The notes under the pieces are model-generated. The model was not told where the DNA came from and did not search any database. It worked only from the letters and a program-made list of their open reading frames with translations. A DNA stretch of 64,000 nt, taken from contig MU006020.1 of assembly GCA_010093745.1 (NCBI GenBank), positions 1 through 64,000 on the forward strand. Reading direction: 5' to 3'. This document shows, piece by piece, positions 35,393 to 47,500 of this stretch. Source of the stretch: Piedraia hortae CBS 480.64 (Eukaryota). Numbering within the stretch: the stretch's first letter is position 1; every line of letters starts with the position of its first letter. The translations under genes and the position numbers were made by a program.

Positions 35393-36959
35393 CTAGTAGA
35401 TATTAGCAACGCACTCGAGTAACGGAAGGTTATATTGCTTTGCTTCTGCGGTCAAGGACTCATAGGCTTCATGAGAGCAATCGAAGAAGTCTTCGGACGT
35501 CACTACGGCGTGTTCGGCTTTCCATCGTTACAAATCCTTATCAGGCAGAGCAAAACATACAGTAGAGAAAAGGCGTTGACATACCCAGATTGCAGCTGTC
35601 TCTGCCCGCTTGATTGGGCATTGAGCAGCAGTAAGCTTGCTTTTGGGCATGAGGCCCTTGGCAACTTCCCAGAGTGTGCCCTTCAGGGGAAGGCCAGCCA
35701 GCAGCTTTCGGCAAGCGAACATCACTGACGTCCTCTTGAGGCCAGCTTTAGCCACGACCGATGTCACCGGATAGGGCTCGAGGACAGCTTTGGCCACTAA
35801 GAACGCCTGGTAAAAAGGTGTTCACCAATCAGTACACTAGGCGTATGAAAAAGAGGGTCTTACCGTGACAGTGGGCTTTCCCATTTGGTGGGGTCTCACG
35901 GAGTCCAGTATAAAGCTTCACACATGGTGCGGCCGTCGCGCTGACATTGGATCAGCCATTTCTTGGAATGACCATAAATTTCGACCCACCTGACCCGGGG
36001 CAGCCTCCTGCTGCGCCGACCTGGCAGCCTCATCTTCCTTATCTAGGCGTGCCGTGAGCGCTTTGTTCTGTGTCTTTAGTTCTTGGAGTTCTCGCGCCAA
36101 AACCGCCAACTTGACATTTGGGTCTTTCTGATGGCTTTGATCAGCTCGGGGTGACAGCATACATGTTGCAAAAATCCACCCGGCAAAACTTGACGAGATA
36201 GTTGGCGTCATCGCTTTTGAGCTCGCTCATCCGGGCGTGAAACTCTCCAGTCGTCACTGGGGCTGGACGCAACGACAGGGAATGTGCCACCCTTTGGCGG
36301 CGAGACTGGGTGACTGTTGTCTGTACTGGGTGTCCAGCGGGTGCAGACGTCGGCTGGCCACGTGTGGAACTTTGAAAAGGTACTGGTCGCCTGGACGCTT
36401 GTGGTGTACATGTTTTAGGTGAGGGGGCCTGGACGCGCGGGTTCGAAAAGCTCAATGTTGCCCCTGAGACGGCTTTAGTGGGCAAAGTCCTGGAGGGTAC
36501 GCTAGCCATGGTGTCAATCGGACCTAGCGAGGTTGCATCCGGCCGCTCCGGTAAGGTAATTGCGCTCAGCTTCGATGACCTTGCATGAGGCGGAAGGAGG
36601 TAACGATTGATGTCGTCAATCCCTGACTCTGAGCTCTCAAACTCAGAGTCTTGGGAGGTCTACGACATAGATGCCTCTGAGCCCTCTTTATCCGAAGAAC
36701 TCGAGTTCGCCCTCCGCTCTGACTCCTTACCTTTTCTTGGTGCAAGTCTCTGACCCTTGTCATCTTCCTTGGACAGCTTTGGAACCAACTTGGCCGGCTT
36801 TCTACCACTTGCCGTTGTCTTTCTATGCTTCTTTCCGCTCCCCACTTGCTTGTTCTGCTTCTTGCGTGTAGAGGTGGGTTTTCGCGGAACGTCTGCATCG
36901 TCGCTGTCGCTAAAATGCTCCAGTGCTTTGCGTTTCTCTCGCTGCCGTGTGCTTATCAT
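35393..36959 (-). pseudogene. Pseudogene of unknown spliced family (copy 1)
   Basis: Successive ORFs separated by single stops or a frameshift; GTAAGA..CTGAT..CAG intron ~35863-35809; C-terminus similar to 54.0-54.4 kb. Confidence 0.6.
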
Positions 36960-37530
36960 GAGATGATCTGAGAAGAGCGAGTTTAGGGGATCTGGGATGA
37001 GCGAGGTTGGAGGGAATTGCGGGTTGGCCCAACCCAAGGAGTATCTGTTGTCTAACGCTATGGCATATTGCAGAGCCAAGAGGCCTCAACGGGTGAGATG
37101 GGGGCGCGTTTGTGCCTCCCTGTCCCTTCAAGGGATGTGGCCCCAAGACCCCCGCTATCCAGTCAGTGAGAACATTTCCGAGACGAAAGAGCTAAAGTGG
37201 TGGGTGTAGCGCGAAGGTAGTAGTTGAGGAATGTGTCACGTGATGACCTCACGTCTTAGTGTACTCACACTATCAATTCGTTCCCTTTAACTGTAGTCAT
37301 GCTACCTCAATGCCACGTCGACAGCGTGGATCAAGTCCCATGTCGCCCAGCGGGGATATGCTCTTTTCCGTGCCAGGGCGTGCCCGGGCGCTCGACGTAA
37401 ACGGAGTAAGGGAGAGTCTCCCAAATTTTCCCCTCGCTGAAGATTTCTCCTTGCTGTTTATGCGCTGCTTGCTCTTGGGGCCGCCACACGATGAATGGGC
37501 TTCTACAAAACACACTCCGAGGCTGGGACA

Positions 37531-37905
37531 TGTTGGATTCAAGCATCGCCGCTAGCGCGTAGACGGGGCACTTGCATAGCAAGTCAGCGATACCTCCTAC
37601 ATTACCAGCTGCACCCTAGGTTTTTTTCTTCACAGAGTTTTGCCCTCAGGGTCATGTCATATGTGACATGGTAAATGCGCCCTGCTAGTGTACGACGTGA
37701 CGTCACCGGCCCACCGGTGCAGAATTTTTATTCTGAACGTCCCCTCATTTTGAAATAGATAGTCATTCACACTGTCATATCGACGCTAGTATTGACTCAT
37801 GTCCATCTGCATCTGTCCTGTCCCCGTTGTCGATTTCCGTCTATCGCTTCGTCTTCTTAGTTCGGGCCGCTGCGCACTCCCATCCACGAGAGTACTATAG
37901 CTACA
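37531..37905 (+). mobile_element. LTR family A copy
   Basis: TGTTGGA start, CTACA end, colinear with 55824-56185; no TSD seen. Confidence 0.8.
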
Positions 37906-37965
37906 CTACTCTGGGTTTCTGAGTTTGAGGCCGTAAGGATTTAGTACATGCTAGTTAGTCTCGGA

Positions 37966-38111
37966 TGTCACTTCATCCTAGTGAATAAAGGAATGGGAAG
38001 TGACATGAAGGACAATGTTGTTGCTGCTACCTTTTTTGCTAAGACTCTAGAGAAGATGAGGTTACTGGTCACCCTAGCCCTATCGGGACTGGCTCCCGAC
38101 TAACATCAACA
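37966..38111 (+). repeat. Repeat family C, short variant
   Basis: Near-identical to 53599-53731. Confidence 0.85.
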
Positions 38112-38556
38112 CATTTTACAACGATATTGCCCTGCAGGGTATTGCGACGTGCTGGAATGTCTACGGGATGGGCTTTGGATGGTTGTTCAAAGGTGCCTAT
38201 GGCTTGTACTCGACAAAACGATTATAGCCATCACATTGAATCCTAGTTCAGTTTTAGTCAAGCTTGTGGCACTTTTGCTGCGTCACTGCGCATTCAAAAT
38301 ATTCTGTTTGGTATACAATACTCATGACCAAAAGGTGGATGTAGATGTCTATCTCTATTTGAGCTGAGGTTCAAAACCCTTTCCACACTACCTCAGTCTA
38401 ACCGCATTCGCCAGGACACGAGGACGTGGGTTGGACGCGTGCTTGATGTTCCGTGCAGGACTAGAGCCATGCCGAGGAGGGCTTGGATGGAGAGAAGATT
38501 GTTGCCTAGCAGCATGAGGTCGGTGATGACGGACATGGCGCCAAAATCCAAGATCA

Positions 38557-38889
38557 CTACAAATTCAGCATCCCCCCTTCTGCCCAGACACCAGCTTCTC
38601 CAATCCCATCTAACCTTGTTTGAGAAGCATTCGTACTGTTCCAATCATTTTCAGTGCAAGGATTCTCAACTCCGCCAAAGAAACTGTTCTGCGAATATGA
38701 TCCCATCCCAAACTCATCCATATTCGTCTTGGCTAATATAATGGCGCCAATCTCGCTCTGGATTGTGTATTTGCGGCCAAGGCGGTAGCGATGTGTTCCA
38801 TTCCTTTGGTAAAAAACGGATCCGATGGGTCCTTCCGTTCCCGGTCTTTGTGGTGACTGATTGGACAATGGAGATTCTACCTGCAACAA
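38557..38889 (-). pseudogene. Fragment of amidase-signature gene (GatA/Her2-like)
   Basis: [30 protein letters not shown]; no GGSSGGS or catalytic remainder. Confidence 0.7.
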
Positions 38890-39604
38890 TTTCTACTATC
38901 GCTAATTCAGTTTTCTTTGGGCTGGAGTTATGGGCATGAAGGTACTGCCATGGATAGTTATTATTGCAGGACCGCCATGTGCGTTTCTTTGACTTTTCAT
39001 GAAGGACGTGGCTATCGTGTCCACTGCGTGAAGCTGCAGTATTCTTGAAAGCTTTACTCAAGTACAGCCTTTCATGAACAATACCTAGCTCTTGTACTGA
39101 TTACCTAGGGCTGTTCTGGCTGGTCTAACAATCGGCCAACGCTACAGTGCAATTCGCATTGGACAAAGAAATCGTCAAGCCCTTTTATTGTATATTTCTA
39201 CCCTTATTTGTGTTACACCGGTCACCTGCTTCGAGTACAGGCAGAATAACACTTGTGTCACTATGGAGGGAAACTCGACATGTGGATACCGGAAAGGGTT
39301 TGTTAACATTAGGCTTGGGGCTTGGTGTGCAGAGCGTCGCCTAAGGCAACGAAGAACAAAGGACGGATCACCATGATGGTGTCACTACTCCTTATTGATG
39401 TGGCTGTTACCGACGCGTTTGATCCCTCCCATAATTCGGGTCGAAAATTTTTCCTTTTTACACACATCAGACACTGGGATTTGCTTCATTCTCCTACCCC
39501 ATTTCGTACCACCTTCACCCGCACCTCAACACAACATATTACTTTTAATCACACACATTCTTACCATCAAATATTATCAGTTCCAGTCATCACTAAACGT
39601 AAGC

Positions 39605-41878
39605 ATGCCAGACCTAACGGTCCCGTATTCCGCCTACGGTAAACTGGCGAGAGATGTCAAGTATTGGGTTGAAACAGCTAGATCGTGGGAGGACAAATTT
39701 GTTGCTGCCGACGAAGAGCTTTACCAGATGAAGCAAACCCTTGAGGTTGCCAAGAGAGATCGTGATCTTATGGACGAGGAGCGCGAAAGCCTCATTGCGA
39801 GGCTGCAATTGTGCAAAGACGGGCGCAAGGCGGATCGTGCATGGGTGCTACAACAGATCCAAGACATTCAGCATGTTTGTGTACAGGCCATATCTATGGC
39901 GGAGGAGGCGCGTTTCGAAGCTGGAGTAGCGGTCAGGAAGTCTAACGACCTGGCTCGCCAGCTCCAAGAGAGAGAGGAACTGCCACGACCACAGGATCAA
40001 TATAAGCGCGAAATATTCAGTTCCGGTGATATTTCGGATGTCTTTACTCCTGCCGACCTTTCCAATGCTTCCGAATGTGAGATTCTAACGGCCACCGTCG
40101 AGCAAGCAAACATGATCAAGCAGAACTCTGAAGAAGCCGTTAAAACCCTCGACTGCCCTGCTGTCTCAGATAATCGAGCAAATGTTTGTACAATAACATC
40201 CAAGATGCAACATCAGACCAATGGTCACGACTCCGCAAATGAGACCGTTCTTGGCTCGAACATGGATGCCGAGAGCAAGGAAGTAGACGCGGGAGATGTT
40301 AAGCATCTAAGTCCAGCGTTCAACCTGAGGCAAGTCAACGTTCTTCCCGTCAGAGCCGCAGATCTTTCGGTTGCATCCAAGGTTATCGTGCATGGAAGGC
40401 GGATGCAAGATCTTGCTCAAAATCTCAATGCTTACATGCATTGTACGCCTTGTCCACCCTCAGCTGCAGTCATACTGCCCATTAAGCTGAAAAACGGCAC
40501 ACAGGCCCTACCCTGCGCAGAAGGTATCGAGATCCCGCAGCCGATGTGGGATCCAAACCTTGTGTCAACGCACACACAGGCGCACTCAGCTCCAGCTCGG
40601 CCTGCAATAACCATGAACGAAGGTGCCCTGGCGGATACGGCTACATATCTCCCTCCGTCGAAACAAGTCAGGCATCCCAAAAAAAGGGACATTTGGCTTA
40701 GCGACGACAAAGACGGAGAACCATCCCCAAATTCCTGGTACGCACGGCGTAAGGTCAAACAAAATGGCTTCCGTGGACGAATAAAGGGAGTTTTCTCCAA
40801 CCTGTCGCCTTTTTGTCCGCGCAAAGACGCAGACATCTCTACCAAGCAGCCGCAGGAGGAGACTGCCGCTACGCGCGAAGCTCATACGAAGCAGATCAAG
40901 ATCTCCAAATTTGTCAAAGGTCTCTTCGCGAATATCCCCCATCGACCCATCGATCCAGCTGAATTCACGCCAGCTACCACCCACCCAACCGTGGGACACA
41001 CCCCACAAACCAACTCGAACGTTAGGACACTGCCTACAGTCGGATGGATCGACGAGGTCCTCGGCAATGTGCCCTTATTCCCACTCGTGGGCCCTACACA
41101 AACATACACCACCCGAACCCCCGACATCTACACATCTTTCACACACACCTCCCCCTCCTCTCCAATCCAAGTTCAAATCGATCCCGAGCGCGTGGTCCTC
41201 GTCCAAGAGATATTTGGACACATGCGTCCGATGTCCCGCATAGCAATCGAAGCAGCTACAAAGCTTACGAGCTCTTCGCAGTCGCGGGATGTTTGGTTTT
41301 CCCCCAAGAAGCGACTGGCGCAGCCACCGGTCAAACAAACTGAGACGGTTCCTCGGCAGGAGAGGGAGGGAAATTGGTTGAGGGATTGGAGTATTCCCAT
41401 TCCCAAGGGCGGATGGAACGGGGGAAGTGTGCGGGTTCCTTGTTTGGAGGGGAATGTTTTCGCTGGTTTGACGCTTGTGTTGCCTTGCAAAGGTGGAAAT
41501 GGAGGCCCGGATGTCGTGGCTATGCAGAAGAGGGATGCTGCGCATTTGAAAACTACGCCGCCGAGTAGTGAGGGGGACGAGGACAAGGGTTCTAGCCATG
41601 TCGGAAAGGAGCAAAAGGGCAACTGTGTTGATAATACTAGAGTACAAGAGCTGCTGGCACGCGTGTGGGCGCATGATGAAATTATCAAGACGCTTCGCGA
41701 GGAACAGACGCAGCTGCAGCAGGAGATTAAGGTTTTGCGTGATCTTGAAGCGGAGGTTAACAAGTCGGTCATGGACGAGCTTAGGAAAGCAAGGGGAATC
41801 TATGCAATCTCGCCTTATGTCTCTCACGGTTTCATCTCAGGGAACTGCCAATCCAAAATAAGCCTAAAGGTTGTGTAG
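39605..41878 (+). CDS. Hypothetical protein (~757 aa) with N- and C-terminal coiled coils and a P/T-rich middle
   Basis: Long uninterrupted ORF; heptad-like segments at both ends. Confidence 0.7.
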   Translation: MPDLTVPYSAYGKLARDVKYWVETARSWEDKFVAADEELYQMKQTLEVAKRDRDLMDEERESLIARLQLCKDGRKADRAWVLQQIQDIQHVCVQAISMAEEARFEAGVAVRKSNDLARQLQEREELPRPQDQYKREIFSSGDISDVFTPADLSNASECEILTATVEQANMIKQNSEEAVKTLDCPAVSDNRANVCTITSKMQHQTNGHDSANETVLGSNMDAESKEVDAGDVKHLSPAFNLRQVNVLPVRAADLSVASKVIVHGRRMQDLAQNLNAYMHCTPCPPSAAVILPIKLKNGTQALPCAEGIEIPQPMWDPNLVSTHTQAHSAPARPAITMNEGALADTATYLPPSKQVRHPKKRDIWLSDDKDGEPSPNSWYARRKVKQNGFRGRIKGVFSNLSPFCPRKDADISTKQPQEETAATREAHTKQIKISKFVKGLFANIPHRPIDPAEFTPATTHPTVGHTPQTNSNVRTLPTVGWIDEVLGNVPLFPLVGPTQTYTTRTPDIYTSFTHTSPSSPIQVQIDPERVVLVQEIFGHMRPMSRIAIEAATKLTSSSQSRDVWFSPKKRLAQPPVKQTETVPRQEREGNWLRDWSIPIPKGGWNGGSVRVPCLEGNVFAGLTLVLPCKGGNGGPDVVAMQKRDAAHLKTTPPSSEGDEDKGSSHVGKEQKGNCVDNTRVQELLARVWAHDEIIKTLREEQTQLQQEIKVLRDLEAEVNKSVMDELRKARGIYAISPYVSHGFISGNCQSKISLKVV

Positions 41879-42379
41879 CAAAGAAATCTGCGTTGGTTCT
41901 CTAGATACCGTCTCGATGGCAGCCTTGAATGGGCGACTCTCTGGTATCCCACCCGATGCTCAAAGTTCTTCCTGGCGGCGAATTTGAGAAGCGCAGCACC
42001 CTGCTTGGAAGAATTTTGGCCCTCGCACCTATTTAGTGTCTACAAGCACATGAGGGCTGATGCTGTCACGCGTCAGAGGAGCATAATCACCTCACCAATA
42101 CTGTATAGTCGAGCCTAGCATCGTTCGCACCCGTATCAGCTTCTGCATCGGTATCGTCACCAGCAACGGTGTCCTTCGACATCAAGCCCATCGCGGTTGC
42201 TTCCAACGACTTGAGAACTCGACCTCGAGGTCAGAAGGGCCAGTGTTAACAGATGGGGTCCATCCTATGATGTTTGGGACATCCAGCTCTACGCAAGGAA
42301 TGCGGATCAAGTTGCCGCACGCGTCCGTTCTCTGAGATGTTTAACGAGACACTTGCCTCTGGGGCTCTGACGGCAGAGG

Positions 42380-42630
42380 AAGAGATGCTGGTCATCGAGT
42401 TCGACAAAGGAACCGTAAATTACTAGTGGCGGGATTACCTCTACGGTTTTAAGGTGGGTCTGTGATTTTTGACGGCACTGAACCAGAACTAACTTCTTTA
42501 TGGACCTGCGATGGGCTGAAACCTGGGCCGTTCGGAGGAAAGCTAGATGGAGTAAGGGGTCGTCGTCGCTCCAGGGCCAAACTTCATGTGGTCCATGGAC
42601 GCACGCTGCAAGCTGGAACATTACAACCCG
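42380..42630 (+). mobile_element. Integrase-core element fragment (N-terminal part of catalytic domain)
   Basis: PGPNFMWSMDARCKLEHY at 42571-42624 (GPNxxWxxDxxxKL signature); stops upstream. Confidence 0.65.
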
Positions 42631-43249
42631 AACTCTTTTCCAACCAGCTCCCGTGTCCACAGGATAAACAAAGGAACCCCCGTCACCGTCCGTCAGTCCG
42701 TTAAGCCCGACCAGTTAGCCGTCCGTTACCCCGTCCGAGCCAGTCCAGTTCGGTTCATGCACCTGTCAAATGCAGTGTTGGATCATTTGTCAAATATGGT
42801 GGTCAGACTATTTTCCCGCTTGGGTTTCCTCTGGCCTCTCGTGAGCGATTCACAACAGTGCCCGTGGGCTCGATCTCCAATGCCCTAAACGTGCAACACT
42901 TCTGCACTGTGGATTGCCGAAAAGTTTGGGTGCCTAACGCAGCCAGAAGAGAACGGGAAAGCGTTGAAGGGTTTGCTTGGAGACACTCCACAGACGGCAT
43001 GCATGGCAATCGCTGGATCGAAAACATCCATATGCACATGCTGACGCATGATAATTGATCCTGCTGAGCTGTCTGAGATATCTAAATGCAAAACATCTGT
43101 AAGGGAATTTAGTATTATCTAATTTTTCCGGTGGAGAATGTACTTTTGGCAAAATGGCCGTGTTCTGTTTTGATATTTATGTGCATGTGCTTGACTTGAC
43201 AATAGCCTTGATATGCTCGCGACATGTCGAGATCAGTTGCCCAATCGCC

Positions 43250-43297
43250 GCATGATGCTGCGTCACGCAACCTACCCCGTGTGACGCAGCATCATGC
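43250..43297. repeat. Perfect 17-bp inverted repeat, 14-nt loop
   Basis: gcatgatgctgcgtcac (43250-43266) / gtgacgcagcatcatgc (43281-43297). Confidence 0.95.
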
Positions 43298-44514
43298 CGG
43301 GGGGTTGGCTGTGTACATCACCTCTTCCAAGACACACAGAAATGCTGGACCCGCGTTTCGGCTTCAGTGATCCCGGCGACATGCTTTGGTCTGGGATCAC
43401 AGAGGTGACCCCGAAAGGAGCATGCCGCAAGAGCTAACTCGGCGGGCATTCCGGCAGAAGAGCAATTTGATATTTATGCTGCTCAGGACGAGATGTCGGC
43501 CCTCATCTCGGGCGTGCAGTCGAAGAAAGGAAGTTCCTTCGATGACCGGCATGAGGCTTTTCCCCCAGTGCCACAGAAACGGGAACGTTGACGTGGTGGA
43601 AGACGGTGGTGCAAAATAAATTTCCACCACGATCGCCGGGGACTTCTTCGCAGTACAAGCGATAAGCATGTCCTCGGAGAAAATCTCTTTCGCTAGGGCA
43701 GCCATAGCTTCGCCTTCCGTCAGGCAGATTGGTAATCGCTGGAACCGAAGAGATGGGGCGTTGTTTATCGTTGGTGGGCATGGAGGAAAAGGGCTAGGAT
43801 GTCGGCTCTGCTAGACAAGCTGGAGAGGACAATGGGGCAAGCCAACTGTCAGAATGACCGTAGAGCCTGAGCCCTTGTGGTCGGGACCTAAAGATATTAA
43901 GCCGACAGTTAAGGCTGGCTGAATTCCTGTGGCCTGAAGCCAATCTGGCAACCACCTGGAAGGAGAAAGAAACGAAGGTTGAGATCATGCCGTTGTTGGA
44001 TAGTATTGGCGATTACAATTCGATTCCATCAAGCGGCGCTCGGCTCTCGACTTGACGCGTCAACTAGTTTTACGTAGAGACTTGTATGCATAATGGTACA
44101 CATCTACTCACAATTATAACAAATGGCCCTTTGGGACTTTGTATCATTAAGCTGACCGTCCCAGTGCTTCCCTTCAAAATTTCAGCCAAAACACATGACC
44201 ATAAATCCTTCCAAATTCTTGCGCAGATGCCGGTCATGGGAAATGCTCATGGAATCCCGGCGCGCCCAACACCACCACAGAGCGTGGAGTCATCCACAGC
44301 ACGACGCGGCCGAGGACTGGCATCTGTCTGTAAAGGAACTCAACAAGGCCCTTTCCTCATGTGGTCTGGCGGCGATGACCATATCGTGAATTGCATTGAT
44401 TCTCCTTATGGAAACATTCATGGCAGGCTCAAGGGGAAAACTTCAAATCTGGCTTAGGTTATCGCTCAGTTAATAGAATGGGACCGTCGGAAGGGTGAAC
44501 AAAGTCCATTGTAT

Positions 44515-47500
44515 CTAAAAGTGGACTTTGCCCGTGAAATACAGTACAGTAAAACCGGTATCTCTGTTGGGAAAAACCATCGTTTGCCCGCACGAGAACC
44601 AATCATAGTCCAGCAGCTGAGCAGGGCGTATGAACATCTTCCGACCATGGACAGTGATCCACTGTTCAGTACGGTCCAAGGCACAGATTTGTCGGCCTTG
44701 GAACATCGAAGTTGACCTTGTCGAGGCGGAAGAGTCCGTCTGCATTTGGGGCGGATCGGCTTCATTGGCTGCTAACCTGTCCACGACAGGCAGGAACGTT
44801 GACGACACAAAGAGACCATCGACAACTATCCAACCAATACTAGAATCAGGGCCCGGATCGAGTGTGCGCACAATGCACGCCTTTTCAATGTCCCATTCAG
44901 ATATGCAATCCTTGGAGTCATGAGTGTAGAGCATCCGACCGTCTGCTGAGAAACATGCCTCCTTCATTGCCAATTCAGAGCTCAGTACCAGCGGGGTTTG
45001 TGACTTCGGTCCCCAGATCCCTACTGTCTTGTCGTATGATGCCGATGCAAAGTTCTGCCCATCTGCGGAAATCGCTATCGCGGAGATCTCTCTCGTATGA
45101 CCGGGGAATTTTTCTCGCAGAAGTCCACGTTCCAGATCAATAGCCCATATCTGACCGTCGCGCAAACCGCAAAGGAGTGTTTTGTTGTCTGGGGATAACA
45201 CAAGAGCAGTAACATAGTCCGGTTCGTCTTTCAGCGCTCTCAAAGCATTTGCTTCCAGATCCCAAATCAACACCAGCTCCTCCGGGGGATCGACTGTGCA
45301 CGCGACAACCACAAAACGACTGTCCGATGAGATCCAAATCTTTCTGTTACGGAGATTTGAAAGCCTTTCATCTGTTAACCGCGGTTCGCAAATTCGCGTT
45401 TCGGTGTTCCAAAGGCTGAGCTGGTTTCCCTGAGTCCATAAGGCGAGTGATCGTCCATCCGTTGACAATGCAATGGTAGCGCGGCCAGTCGGATGCTGCG
45501 GGCTCTTCAAGAGTAGATCCAGGTCCAGCTGTGTAATTTGTCCATGTTCATACCCCGCCCAGATTGTCTTCCCGTCGCGCGATGGTGTCATGGCTGTGAC
45601 GCGGCTTCCCAATCCCAGTCCCATCGGCTCTTGTTGCGTTTGAAAGTCGTAGAGATAAAGACTATCCCTGGCACCAAAAAGAACTTTCTGGCTGTCTGGC
45701 GTAACCATGAGAGAATAGACATGAGGAGAATCTTGCATGATCTGGTCAACTTGGTCGGTGGTGCAGTGAAACACCGATATCGTGTCAGGCCAAGACCCAA
45801 AGACAACGAACTTGCGGTTTGGCGAAATGGCGATGCAGTCAATATCAGTACCAACTTGGCATAGTTTTTCAGGCCCAGCTTGTGGGCTCCATTTCCAGAT
45901 GTCTGTGGATCCCGACACCAGCGTCTCACTATCCAACGAGAACGCCATGCACCACACTGAAGAGCTGTGACCCTCAACCACCTGCCCGGCGTTGTTGTCG
46001 GCGTCCCAGATGTAAATCCCGCCGTTGCCCAAGTTCCAAGCGGTATATCGGCCGTTTGGAGAGACGGAAACGCTGTGTGGAACGCTTGGCAGTTTGAGAT
46101 GAATTCGTCTGGCATCGTCTTCCAGGTTCCATCTCCAATAACCTCCGGTCAAGTCGGCAATGACCACAACGTCTTCTTCAGGGAACGCTGAAGCGGCGTC
46201 GCTATGATAGAATCCTGACGACGTTTTGACCGCACCTATTTCAATTTCCGTACGTTTTTCTTCGGTGCCGCTTTCAACATCCCATAGTCGCACTGTGTTG
46301 TCGTCGGCAATGGTGACAAGCCGTCTCCCGTCGATGGAAGGCGTTATCGACAGTATCCATTCAGCATGCCCCCTCAGGGTTTGCAACTCAAAGCCCCAAT
46401 CAGTCGCGCCTGGCGGCCAAACTTGCAAGAATTCTTCCATGTCACTTCTGAAGCTGTTCCGTACGACACTGTTGCTCGGCGCAAAAGCCAGTGCTGAGAG
46501 AAATGTCTGAAGCGGTACATCGTTGATCAAATCTCGATTTGCTGGTACCCATCTCAGAGCATCGGCAACAAAGGCGTGTAGCTTTGGCGATGATTGCGAC
46601 TGCGCGGGGTTAGGCATGCTTTCGGCAGACTGAAACAGAAATACATACGTCGATGGCTCTCTGCAGCTGCCTGAGACTTGCTACCATTTCCCCAAGCTTG
46701 TCCAGCCACGCCATTGCCTCTGTCCAATGAAGGAAACTTGCGCGCAAGAAACGGTCGATTTGCCCGCCATCCTCAAGCTTCTTCTTGCTTTCGACTGCAT
46801 GGCTGGTCCAGTAGCGGCAGGCATACTGTACGGACTCTGGGATGTGCTTCTCGACATCCTCGGCGGACACACCTTTGCGTTTCGTTGCTGCATCTTTCAG
46901 CTTGCACACGTCGCGATCGAGCTTGTTCTTGAGCAAATCTAGACATCTCGTTAGGAGAATGCCGTGGGTCTCGCCTTCGTTAACCCAGAACTGGGATTTG
47001 CCCTTGAGATTAGGATCCATGAGAAAGTCTCGAAAAGATTCGTGATAAACTCGTACCGCAGCCCGTGAGCCCGCTTTGACCTCCTTGCCACTTGGAAACT
47101 CGATTACGCTCAAGGGTTTGAGAGCACTGAGAACAACGTTATTATCTCCTTCCCCCAGCAGATTTCCCAGTGCTGGAATGGTGAGCGGGGAATGCAGAAG
47201 GGCGATTGGTTTAATAACTTGACTGAACCATTGAAGCCACTCCTTGTCGAACTTAGCGGCCTGTATTAGAATATCAGAGTAAATCACGGTCAGTGTATCC
47301 GTTTTAGCGAAGTTGAGCCGGCCAACCCATTCTCGAAGCCGTTTTCGTGGATTGTTGCTCACTTCCTTGAATATCGTAGATGCCGCGATGAACAGTGGCT
47401 TTGATATTTCCACAAGTTTGTCGACGGAGCTTTCCCCTGGCCAGTCATCCTCGAGCTCATCAAGACTAGACTCCTTCCTGCTTTGCTCCCGAAGTCTTCT

